Part shown: positions 1-9,064 of the stretch, in pieces
Layout of the letters: every line of letters starts with the position of its first letter
Position numbering within the stretch: position 1 is the stretch's first letter
From: an uncultured delta proteobacterium
GTDB lineage: Bacteria > Myxococcota_A > Polyangia > Polyangiales > Houyiibacteriaceae
Reading direction: 5' to 3'
Length of the DNA: 64,000 nt
Assembly: GCA_963699755.1 (NCBI GenBank)
Contig: CAVOVB010000001.1
Coordinates: 1,792,001-1,856,000 of the forward strand
Program-made: the position numbers and the translations under genes
Notes under the pieces: model-generated
What the model was told of the DNA's origin: nothing
What the model saw: only the letters and a program-made list of their open reading frames with translations
The model's database searches: none

Positions 1-1726
1 CCCGAAGACCGGCGATCGAAAGGTCGCGATCAAAGAGGTCGTCGGGCACCTGTTCGCGCCGATGCTCTACACGTCGCTGACATCGGCCGCCGGTTTCCTC
101 TCCCTCACGCTGACGCCGATTCCGCCCGTTCGTGTTTTTGGCGTATTCGTTGCGATGGGCATCGGGATTGCATTCGTCTTGACGATTCTCTTCGTACCCG
201 CCTACATCGCTGCGCTGCCCGAGAAGCGCTTGGCGGCACTGCTCTCGGCCAAGCGTAATGCCAGCGAGGGCGGGTTGCTGGGTCGCGTCGTCGAAGCTCT
301 GGGCGCAAAAAGCCTTCGCTTCGCCAAGCCGATTCTCATCGTGACGGTCGCGGCGATCGCGATCAGCGGCTACGGCATTTCGCAGATCAACATCAATGAC
401 AACCCAGTTCGTTGGTTCAAGCCTTCCCACAAGATCCGGGTGGCCGACAGGGTGCTCAACCAAGAGCTTGCCGGAACGTACACCGCCTTCCTCATCATGA
501 AGCAGGATACGGATGCGAAGGCCGAGATCGTCGCGGCCGGTGACAAGGCCCTCGAAGGCGCCAGCGACGCCGTGCGCACGCGCTGGGACGTCGTCAAATC
601 AGACGCGGAAACCGCGGGTAAGGAAGAGACGACGAATGTCTCCGACGCCTTAATCGAAGCGACCTCCGATCTGGTGTTCGACACGAGCGGCGAAGAGTCG
701 GAGCAGTGGCAGGCGGTGCAAACGGCGCTTGAAGAGGCACAGACGGCCAGCAAGACCTTCCAGAATCCGGAGCATCTCGCTTACATCGAGCGACTCCAAG
801 AGGCAGCGGAGGCACTGCCTCTCGTCGGCAAGACGAGCTCGATCGCCGACGTCGTGAAGACCGTCTACCGCGAGCTGATCAGCGGAAAAGACGAAGATTT
901 CCGTATCCCGGGCTCGACCGAGGGCGTTGCGCAGACGCTCCTTCAGTTCCAGTCGTCACACCGACCGAACGATCTCTGGCACCTGGTGAGCCCCGACTAC
1001 CGTGAAAGCGCGATCTGGGTGCAACTCAGGAGCGGTGACAACCAGGACATGATGTCGGTCAAGACCGACCTCGATGCCTTCCTTGCGGCCGACCCACCGC
1101 CTGAGGGCCTTCACGCCCAATGGGCCGGTCTCACGTTTCTCAATACGGTTTGGCAGGAGGAAATGGTCGGCGGGATGCTGGAGAGCTTGATGGGGGCGTT
1201 CGTCATCGTCTTCTTGATGATGGTGATCCTGTTCCGGTCGCCGGTGTACGGCGCGCTGGCGATGGTCCCGCTCACGATCACCATCGTGTTTACGTACGGA
1301 CTGATCGGTCTCGTGGGCAAGGACTACGACATGCCTGTCGCTGTCTTGTCATCGTTGACGCTTGGCCTCTCGGTCGACTTCGCCATTCATTTTCTCGAGC
1401 GTGCTCGCGCCATCCAGGGGGAGACCGGTGACTGGCGCGAGACGATGTCGCGCATGTTCCAAGAGCCGGGGAGGGCGATCATGCGCAATGCAATCGTCAT
1501 CGCCATCGGCTTCCTTCCGCTGCTAGCAGCGCCGCTCGTTCCCTACAACACCGTGGGCTTCCTGATGGCCGCCATCATGGCCGTCTCGAGCGTCGTCACG
1601 GTGATTTTACTGCCCTCGATCATGATGCAAATCCAAAACCGGCTGTCCCCGAAGAAGGAAAGGGCGGCAACGAACGGGGACGAACCATCAGCGCCTCTCG
1701 CGACCAACAAGGAGCAAACAGCATGA
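1..1726 (+). CDS. MMPL/RND-family membrane transporter, 5'-truncated by the window edge
   Basis: Frame is open from base 2 upstream of the ORF-track Met. Multiple TM helices and the RND/MMPL motif LGLSVDFAIHF. Stop overlaps the next start (ATGA). Confidence 0.85.
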   Translation, partial: PKTGDRKVAIKEVVGHLFAPMLYTSLTSAAGFLSLTLTPIPPVRVFGVFVAMGIGIAFVLTILFVPAYIAALPEKRLAALLSAKRNASEGGLLGRVVEALGAKSLRFAKPILIVTVAAIAISGYGISQININDNPVRWFKPSHKIRVADRVLNQELAGTYTAFLIMKQDTDAKAEIVAAGDKALEGASDAVRTRWDVVKSDAETAGKEETTNVSDALIEATSDLVFDTSGEESEQWQAVQTALEEAQTASKTFQNPEHLAYIERLQEAAEALPLVGKTSSIADVVKTVYRELISGKDEDFRIPGSTEGVAQTLLQFQSSHRPNDLWHLVSPDYRESAIWVQLRSGDNQDMMSVKTDLDAFLAADPPPEGLHAQWAGLTFLNTVWQEEMVGGMLESLMGAFVIVFLMMVILFRSPVYGALAMVPLTITIVFTYGLIGLVGKDYDMPVAVLSSLTLGLSVDFAIHFLERARAIQGETGDWRETMSRMFQEPGRAIMRNAIVIAIGFLPLLAAPLVPYNTVGFLMAAIMAVSSVVTVILLPSIMMQIQNRLSPKKERAATNGDEPSAPLATNKEQTA

Positions 1727-2532
1727 AGACCCTCACCAAGACCTGGCTAGCGGCCATTGCCGCAGCGATTCTTCTCTCGACCCCGGCGATATCTGCCGAG
1801 GCGGGAGACCTGAAGGACGCGAGCCAAATCGTAAATCGCACCAACAACGCTCAGTATTACGCGGCGAACGATGGGCGAGCGCTGGTTCGCATGAAGATCG
1901 TCGACAGCAAAGGGCGCTCCCAGCGAAGGCAGTTTGCGGTCCTTCGGCGTGACCTGAAGGACGGCGGCGACCAGAACTACCTCGTCGTCTTCGACCAGCC
2001 GGCTGATGTTCGAAACACGGCGTTCTTGGTGAAGAAGCACGCGAACAAAGACGACGATCGTTGGCTTTATCTCCCGGGTCTCGATCTCGTCAAACGAATC
2101 GCCGCGAGTGATGAGCGCACGAGCTTCGTTGGCACGCACTTCTTCTACGAAGACATCTCCGGGCGGCATCCGGACGAAGACAAGCACGAGCTTCTCGAAA
2201 CGACGGACACCGAGTACGTGGTGAAGAGCACGCCCAAGAGCAGCAAGGGTGTGGAGTTCGCGCACTACACGCTGCGCATCAACAAGAAGACGTTCCTGCC
2301 CAGTACGATCGAGTACGTAAATGCGCAGGGCAAAATCTACCGGCGCATCGAAACCGCCAAGGTGGACACCGTACAAGGGAAGCCGACCATTACGCGCCTC
2401 AAGGTCAGTGACCTGGAGTCGGGTGGATATACGCTGAGCGACGTCAGCAATGTGAGTTACGACCTGGGGATCCCCGACGACATCTTCGTCGAGGGTTCTC
2501 TACGCAACCCGCCCGTGAAGTGGCTTCGCTGA
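1723..2532 (+). CDS. Periplasmic LolA-like outer-membrane lipoprotein-sorting protein
   Basis: Signal peptide. Motifs DDDRWLYLPGLDLVKRI and SFVGTHFFYED are typical of LolA-like partners of MMPL transporters. Confidence 0.8.
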   Translation: MKTLTKTWLAAIAAAILLSTPAISAEAGDLKDASQIVNRTNNAQYYAANDGRALVRMKIVDSKGRSQRRQFAVLRRDLKDGGDQNYLVVFDQPADVRNTAFLVKKHANKDDDRWLYLPGLDLVKRIAASDERTSFVGTHFFYEDISGRHPDEDKHELLETTDTEYVVKSTPKSSKGVEFAHYTLRINKKTFLPSTIEYVNAQGKIYRRIETAKVDTVQGKPTITRLKVSDLESGGYTLSDVSNVSYDLGIPDDIFVEGSLRNPPVKWLR

Positions 2533-2567
2533 GCCCAGCTCGACGACGGGCATGAGGGAGTAGCGAC

Positions 2568-4088
2568 ATGGAACCGACGATTTGTCGAACGAAGCGGTGC
2601 CGCGCTGGCGTCCCATCGCTGAGGTGCTTGGCGGTTGCCTCGTTTGTGTTCGCAGCTCTCGCGTTGGCCTCCGTGGCGTTCGCCCAAGCCGAGGAGACCC
2701 TCGAAGCGGAGGCCGAAGGACCGTTCGATGCAGCGGCAAGCGCAGAGAGTCCCGAAGAGCTGGCTGGCGACGTCGAATCCAACGAAGAGGCCGGCGACGA
2801 CGAGGATTGGGGTGAGTTCGACGACTGGGACGAGGAGAATGGCGGCGATTCCGGCGGCAAATCCGGTGGCAAAGCTTGGGACTTTCAGATCGGCGGCTTC
2901 GTCGAAGGTCTCATCGCACCGCGCGTGGTCCGAAGCAGCGCCAGCGCCAATGAGCTGGTCGCGAACGAGGCGCGCTTTCGGCTGAACCTCGACGCCACCC
3001 ACGAAATCGTTAGCGCGCGATTTCGGGGTGACGTCTTCGCGGATGCCGTCGACCGCCGGATTTGGTTCGACATTCGAGACGCGTCGATCTTCGTCCGTGG
3101 CGGAAGTTGGTTCAGCATGCGGTTTGGCCGACAGGTGCTCACCTGGGGAACGGGCGACTTCCTTTTCTTGAATGACCTCTTTCCGAAGGACTTCAACTCC
3201 TTCTTCATCGGTCGCGCAGACGAATACCTCAAGGCGCCGTCCAACTCGGTGCAGACGACGTTCATGATGAACAAAGTCGGATTGGACTTGATCTGGACCC
3301 CGATTTTCGAGCCGGATCGCTTCATCAACGGGCAGCGTCTGTCGTTCTTCAATCCGCTGGTCGGAGAGATCATCGGCGATCGATCTCTGCTCACACCGAT
3401 CGATCCGGTGTACCCGGAGCAGCGACTGCGAAACGGAACGGTGCACGGCCGTCTTTACGGCACGGCAGGCGCGGTCGAGCTCGCTGCCTATGGCTATGTC
3501 GGCTATTGGATGCAGCCGAATGCCCTTGCGCTGACCGACCCGGTGGACCCGAACACCATCGTGGGGGTGACCTACGCGCGTCTGGCGGTTTACGGCGCGA
3601 GCCTACGCACGCCCCTGTTTGGCGGTCTCTTCAACGTCGAGGGCGCATTCTACGACTCGTACAAGGACCGGGCGGGGACGACTCCTTCGACCCCGAATTC
3701 GCAGTTCCGAGGACTGGTGGGCTATGAGCGCGAGCTCTTCCCCAAGTTCCAAATGGGCTTGCAGTACTATCTCGAGTACACGCTCAAGTACGACGAGCTG
3801 ATCGCGCGCTCGTTCTGGGCTCAATACGAGCAGCACGAATTCCGGCATCTGATCACGCTGCGGCTGAACCAGCTCCTGGTCATGGACAAGCTCGAGCTCT
3901 CGCTCTTCGTGTTCTTCTCGCCGGACGAGCTCGACACCTACATTCGGCCGCGCATCGCCTACAAAATCGTCGAGCCCCTGGCGATGGTCGTTGGCGCGAA
4001 CCTCATGTTCGGACGCGACGACTACACCTTCTTTGGCCAGCTTCAAGAGAACACGAACGTGTACGCGAGGCTTCGTTACTCGTTCTGA
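2568..4088 (+). CDS. Outer-membrane beta-barrel protein associated with the MMPL/LolA-like pair
   Basis: Signal peptide, acidic linker (DDEDWGEFDDWD), GRQVLTWG motif, C-terminal barrel signal YARLRYSF. Start uncertain. Confidence 0.7.
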   Translation: MEPTICRTKRCRAGVPSLRCLAVASFVFAALALASVAFAQAEETLEAEAEGPFDAAASAESPEELAGDVESNEEAGDDEDWGEFDDWDEENGGDSGGKSGGKAWDFQIGGFVEGLIAPRVVRSSASANELVANEARFRLNLDATHEIVSARFRGDVFADAVDRRIWFDIRDASIFVRGGSWFSMRFGRQVLTWGTGDFLFLNDLFPKDFNSFFIGRADEYLKAPSNSVQTTFMMNKVGLDLIWTPIFEPDRFINGQRLSFFNPLVGEIIGDRSLLTPIDPVYPEQRLRNGTVHGRLYGTAGAVELAAYGYVGYWMQPNALALTDPVDPNTIVGVTYARLAVYGASLRTPLFGGLFNVEGAFYDSYKDRAGTTPSTPNSQFRGLVGYERELFPKFQMGLQYYLEYTLKYDELIARSFWAQYEQHEFRHLITLRLNQLLVMDKLELSLFVFFSPDELDTYIRPRIAYKIVEPLAMVVGANLMFGRDDYTFFGQLQENTNVYARLRYSF

Positions 4089-4114
4089 GATTTCAAAACG
4101 AAAGGAACACCGTC

Positions 4115-4315
4115 ATGAACATCGACAAATTGGTTTTTCGAGTTGCAGGGATCATGGTCATAGCCGGCGTGATTCTCGCCTACAGTCACCACATCGCCTG
4201 GCTCATTCTGCCGGCATTCGTCGGCCTGAACATGTTTCAGGCCTCGTTTACCGGCTTCTGCCCGATGGCGACGATTGCCAAGCGTTTCGGGATGAACGAA
4301 GGCAAAGCGTTCTAA
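4115..4315 (+). CDS. DUF2892/YgaP-like small membrane protein
   Basis: Two TM helices, FVGLNMFQASFTGFCP motif, RBS AAGGA upstream. Confidence 0.8.
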   Translation: MNIDKLVFRVAGIMVIAGVILAYSHHIAWLILPAFVGLNMFQASFTGFCPMATIAKRFGMNEGKAF

Positions 4316-4336
4316 CCTGACGACGTCGCGCGATCG

Positions 4337-6259
4337 CTAGTGTCGGCCGTCCGCGTGACAGCTGAGGCAGAAATTCGCGGGCGCGGCGCCCGCCGGATAG
4401 TTGTTCACCTCACGGTGCTTCGCGTCCATCCGGGAACGCGTGTGCTCGCCGTCGTGGCAGCCGACACAGTCGGCGTTCTCACCGCCCACCGGCGAGCCGA
4501 GCGCCGCGTTGTGGCAAGATGCGCAGTCGTTTCGGTATCTCGAGTGCGCTCCTGATTGGATCCGGAAAGCGTTCTCGGGGTGGGTCCCACCGGAGGCGGG
4601 AGTCCAGGCCGCCGTCGTGTGGCAACTCAGGCAGTCGCCGGTGGCGGGGTGCGTTGGCGTCGCGGGGCGCTGCGATTCGTGACAGTCATAGCAGCGCGTT
4701 GGCTCCGGAACATGTGCGAACGTTGCCGGAGTCCAGGTCGGATACGAGTGATGACAGCTGGCACACTCGGGGTCGTACGTTTGCGCATGAAATGGGGTGT
4801 TCGACCTGGGCTCGTTTGCGTGACAGCCAATGCAAGCGGCCGGAAGCGGCGTGTGCGGCGCGACTGGATCGGCGAGTGCCCAGTCGTTCACGACGTGACA
4901 GCCGGCACAGTCCCCAAGCCCCGCGGCCGATTGATGCGTTGGCGTCGCGGGTCTCAGATCACTGTGGCACGCGTTGCAGGCGTTCGGGATCGGCGCGTGC
5001 AAGAAATCAGCCGGCGTCCAACCCGGGTATTGATGGTGACAGCGGGCGCACTCGGGCTGGGCGATCTGGGTGTGGAAGATCGTAGTCTGTCGCGGCTCGT
5101 TTTGGTGACAGGACACGCAAGACGCCGGAAGCGGCGTGTGGAGCGCGACCGGGTCGGCTGTAGCCCAGCTGGTGTGACGATGTGGCAGGAGGCGCAATCG
5201 CCCTGGCTCGCCGCGGTTTGGTGCGTGGCCGTGTTGGGTCTCTGATCGGAGTGACAGTCTACGCAGGTGCCAGGCACTGGCGCGTGGAGGAAATCAGCCG
5301 GTGTCCAACCTGGATATTCATGATGGCAGCTGGCGCACTCGGCGTCGAAGACCTGGGCGTGGAAGATCGTCGGTTGTCGCGGCTCGCTTTGGTGACACGT
5401 CAGGCAGGATGCCGGGAGCGGTGCGTGAAGCGTGGCCGCGTCGGTGACGGCCCAGTCGTCCACGACGTGGCAGCGGGCACAGTCCGCGAGGCCCGCGGCC
5501 GATTGATGCGTTGGCGTCGCGGGTCGCAGATCGCTGTGGCATGCGTTGCAGGCGCTGGGCACTGGCGCGTGTAGAAAGTCTGCTGGTGTCCAACCCGGGT
5601 AGCTCCGGTGGCAGCTGGCGCATTCGGCCTCGAACACCTGAGTGTGGAAGATGTTCTGCGGTTGCGGGTCGTCTTGGTGACAGGTCAGGCAGGATGCCGG
5701 AAGTGGCGTGTGCAGCTCCGCCGGGTCGGTGAGGGTCCAGTCGGTGACGATATGACACGAGGCGCAGTCGCCCAGTCCTTGCGGGGATTGGTGCGTGGGC
5801 GTGTCAGGTCTTCCATCCGCGTGACAGTCTAGGCAGGTGCGCGGCACCGGCGCGTGGAGGAAGTTCGCCTGTGTCCAATCCGGATAGCTCCGGTGACAGC
5901 TGGCGCACTCGGTCTCGACAATTTGCGGCATGGAAGCTCGTCTGTGGTCGCGTCTCGTTTTCGTGACACGTCACGCACGATGCCGGAAGCGGCGTATGAA
6001 TTGTGGTGGAGACCGCGGGGATCCACTCGCGTTCGGTGTGGCAATCCTGGCATGTGCTCGGGAGGGAGTCGTGCGGTGGGTTGATCGCTGCCTTGAGGTC
6101 CGCCGCGTGACACGTGACGCATTCGGCTTGACGGACCGTTCGCCGGCTCATGCTCGATGCTGCCGGCCCCACTGCATCGCCACGCCCATCGATACGGCTG
6201 GCGCTGATTGCGACGGCCGCCGCAATGTGACCAGACAGGCGACGGCAGTTAACCCTCAT
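4337..6259 (-). CDS. 25-heme c-type cytochrome lipoprotein with five tandem tetraheme repeats (frameshifted, reconstructed)
   Basis: Joining ORFs 5804..6259 (3 CxxCH), 4954..5931 (11) and 4337..5197 (11) across a +1 insertion at ~5928 and a +2 AC duplication at ~5175 restores exact repeat spacing. Further +1 indels at ~6140-6200 hide a lipoprotein-like N-terminus (..C-SGAGSIEHEPA). Confidence 0.85.
4620..6000 (-). repeat. Five ~285-bp (95-aa) intragenic tandem repeats, four hemes each
   Basis: Unit HTPLPAS-CxxCH-x18-CxxCH-x19-CxxCH-x18-CxxCH, with the last unit slightly shorter. Near-identical DNA at 4921 and 5493 is 572 bp apart (2x285+2). Confidence 0.9.
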
Positions 6260-6438
6260 GGCGTATATGATAAGCCGATCAATTCACCCTGTCAGGTTAA
6301 TTCAGCGGCCGCGTGAGACCGCAGCCTAGAGGCCAAAATAGCCTCAAAAACCTTTTCTTTCCAGGATGTTAGTAGCCTTGCCAAACCGGGGGACCCGCTA
6401 CCGGGGTCCGATCTAGGATGCTACCTTTCGAGGAATCC

Positions 6439-7142
6439 ATGATCCTTCCCGGCCGAGCGGCAATACGAGCTCTGATCTTCGGAGCGTCGGGCGCGGTGCT
6501 GCTCAGCGGAGCGTGCACCGGCGGGACGCAGGACCACGATCGTCTGCAGGTTCGAGGCGCCGATTGCATCGTCTGTCATTCCGACGATGTTCAGCATGCG
6601 CTTGAACCCACCTCATGAAGGGCTTCCCGGACACCTGCGGAACCTGCCACGGTCAAGAAGCCTGGTCGCCTGCCGCGTTCACGCACACCTGGCCGCTCGT
6701 CGGCGCGCACGAGATGCTCGCCTGCAGCGCATGCCACGTCGGGGATCCACCGGTCTACCAAGGCACGCCCACACTCTGCGTCGGCTGCCATCAGGACGAT
6801 TACGACAACAGCCCCTTCCCAGGTCACGCCGACTTCCCAACGACCTGCGAGAACTGCCACACGACGACCGCCTGGACGCCCGCGGTTGGGGGTACACACC
6901 CCGAGAACGCGTTCCCGATTCAAAATGGCGCACACTCTCCCTATCGCGACGATTGCGTGTCCTGCCACAACCCGGATCTTGGCTCACCCGTGAATGGAGA
7001 AAACGCGGACTGCGTCGGCTGTCACGACGGCGAGCACACGCGAGCCTCGATGGATCCCAAGCATCGCGAAGAGCCCGATTATCCACAGGGTGCGGCGCCG
7101 CCCAACTTCTGCTTGGATTGTCACGCGGACGGTCGCAACTAG
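6439..7142 (+). CDS. Octaheme c-type cytochrome lipoprotein, short paralog of the 25-heme protein (frameshifted)
   Basis: RBS GAGGA, lipobox-like LSGAC, CIVCH, then two +1 insertions (~6601, ~6620) restoring ALNPPHEGFPDT, then 7 more CxxCH. The C-terminal ~95 aa closely match the 25-heme protein (THPENAF..GENADCVGCHDGEHTR..NFCLxCHADGR). Confidence 0.85.
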
Positions 7143-8203
7143 GCTTCTCCGTACTTCGTGACGATCTCGATCCCGATGTCCTGAAGCAGGGCAGTTGGGG
7201 CCGTTCCGCCGATCTGGATTACGACCGCATCGTTTTCGATGGAGAGCGGCTCTTTGGCGCCGTTGCGCAAGATGACGCGGTCCTCGAAGATCTCTTCGAC
7301 CTGCGTGCCCATGAGAGCCGTCAGCCGGCCGGCCTCGATCTCGGCTTCGATTCGCTTTCGGTTCGGCTGACGGCACCTCGCGAAGTTGTTCTTTCGATAG
7401 CTGATCGTCACCGACGCGCAGTTGCCGCCGTCGACCAACGCAAACGCCGACTCGACCGCTGCATTGCCTCCACCGACGACCAAGACGTGCTTGTCTTGAA
7501 ATACCTCGGGTTCGATCACTCGGTAGGCGACTTTGGATCGCTCCTCGCCGGGCACGTCGAGCTTGCGCGGAGAGCCTCTGCGACCGAGGGCCAACAGCAC
7601 GTTTGCAGCCTTGAAGACGCCGCCGGTCGAGGACACCCGCCAATCGCCATCCTGACCGCGCTCGATCTTCTCGACGAGCTCTCCGACCGCGACCTGCAGG
7701 CCGGTTTTCTCACTGATGTCTTGCCACAGCTCGACGAGTTGCTCCTTGCTCATCTTCCTCTTGGACACGCGCCCGTAGATCGGGAAGTCCAAGAAGCCCG
7801 TCATGACGACCTTCGCGCGCGGGTAGTGCGTGATCGTGCCGCCAAACGCTTCACGCTCGAGCAAGAGCACCCGCAACCCCGCTTCCATCAATCGGAGCGT
7901 TGCGCTCGTCCCGGCTGGGCCCGCGCCGATGACCAAGGCATCGAGCGAATCGCCAGCGGCTCTGCGATTCCCTGCGATGATGTGGTCGGCTGCCTGCCTG
8001 CCTTGGGACACGGCGTTGCGGATCAAACCCATTCCGCCGAGCTCGCCGACGATGTACACCCCCGGCTGGTTGGTCTGAAAATCAGGATCGACGTTCGGGA
8101 GCTCGAGCCCGCGCTTGGCCGTGCCAAACACCAAGGTGATCGCTTGAACCGGACAAGCCGACGCGCAGGCCCCGTGTCCGATGCAGCCGAGTGGGTTGGT
8201 GAA
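7139..8203 (-). CDS. Ferredoxin-fused FAD/NAD(P)H oxidoreductase (thioredoxin-reductase-like), N-terminus missing
   Basis: GAGPAG and GGGNAA Rossmann motifs. The frame continues upstream of the ORF-track start as FTNPLGCIGHGACASACPVQAITLVFGT (Fe-S motif) to a TAG near 8204, with no start codon. Confidence 0.8.
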   Translation of the reverse strand, partial: FTNPLGCIGHGACASACPVQAITLVFGTAKRGLELPNVDPDFQTNQPGVYIVGELGGMGLIRNAVSQGRQAADHIIAGNRRAAGDSLDALVIGAGPAGTSATLRLMEAGLRVLLLEREAFGGTITHYPRAKVVMTGFLDFPIYGRVSKRKMSKEQLVELWQDISEKTGLQVAVGELVEKIERGQDGDWRVSSTGGVFKAANVLLALGRRGSPRKLDVPGEERSKVAYRVIEPEVFQDKHVLVVGGGNAAVESAFALVDGGNCASVTISYRKNNFARCRQPNRKRIEAEIEAGRLTALMGTQVEEIFEDRVILRNGAKEPLSIENDAVVIQIGGTAPTALLQDIGIEIVTKYGEA

Positions 8204-8705
8204 CTATGAGACGCTCCGGCCGAGCGGCCTCATCGGGCACGGCTACGGCATCGTCGGAACGATCCTGATTTTGGCCAACCTCCTTTACCTGGCGCGACGC
8301 AGGCTTGCGCGCTGGTCGCTCGGGTCGATGAAGACCTGGCTCAACCTGCACGTATTCACCGGCCTCTTCGGCTCGCTCCTGATCCTCTTCCACTCGGCGT
8401 TCCAGTTCCGGACGCCCATCGCGCTAGTCACGGCGATCAGTCTTGGCGTGGTCGTGGTGACGGGGATCGCTGGCCGCTATCTCTATGCGCTGACACCGCG
8501 TCCCGATCGCCAGGCGCTCGACGGAGCGCTCTCTTCGCTCGACGAGTTGGCCCCCGGATGCAGCGCGCGCGTCTATCAGGCCCTCGCGATCCATCAGGTG
8601 ACGCAGGTCGACACCCATCACTGGTTGATCGCCAAGCTCGCGGCCATTCCGAAGTGGGCGAGTGAAGCGCGATCCCGCGGTTTTCTGGTCAGCTATGCCA
8701 TCGAA
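8203..8705 (+). pseudogene. Internal fragment of a His-containing membrane protein (LRPSG-IGHGYG type), truncated at both ends
   Basis: YETLRPSGLIGHGYGIVGTILILANLLY..WLNLHVFTG..LFHSAF: three TM helices with His residues. No credible start. The ORF-track tail after ~8705 is the off-frame shadow of a cytochrome. Confidence 0.65.
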
Positions 8706-9064
8706 GCTGCCATAGCCCGTCGAAAAAGGATCGGCTCAGCGGGCGAGGAGCGACGTACCGAGGGGCGCCGCGTGACTGCGCTGGTTGCCACAGGGACATT
8801 CACGCTGGGCAGTTTCGGCTCAGCGCGCCCGAGCGCGCGTGTGACGCCTGTCACGCCACCGAGTCGTTCGCAATTGAGGCTTTCGCCCACGAGGAGCTCG
8901 CCGACTATCCGCTCGAAGGCGCTCACGCCGAGCTCGAGTGCGTCGGCTGTCACCAAAAAGAGCGCCTCCGAAGCGGGGTGCAAGCGGTGAGATACCGGCT
9001 CGGGTACCGCGAGTGCGCCGATTGCCATGGCAACCCTCACGCGCGAAGAAAGGGGCAGCGATGA
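8705..9064 (+). pseudogene. C-terminal fragment of a multiheme cytochrome c (4 CxxCH plus a partial motif), not in the ORF track
   Basis: Frame reads SCHSPSKKDRLSGRGATYRGAPRD-CAGCH-..-CDACH-..YPLEGAHAELE-CVGCH-..-CADCH-GNPHARRKGQR-stop. TGA 9062-9064 overlaps the ATG at 9061. Confidence 0.85.

Noticed and set aside
4620..6000. 285-bp repeats as mobile elements or pure assembly duplication
   Set aside because: The units differ at many positions while keeping CxxCH and His spacing, as expected of a protein repeat.
6587..8209. 540-aa plus-strand ORF, and similar long antisense ORFs such as 12944..14734 and 37544..38749
   Set aside because: These are shadow frames of well-supported genes in GC-rich DNA and have no recognisable motifs.
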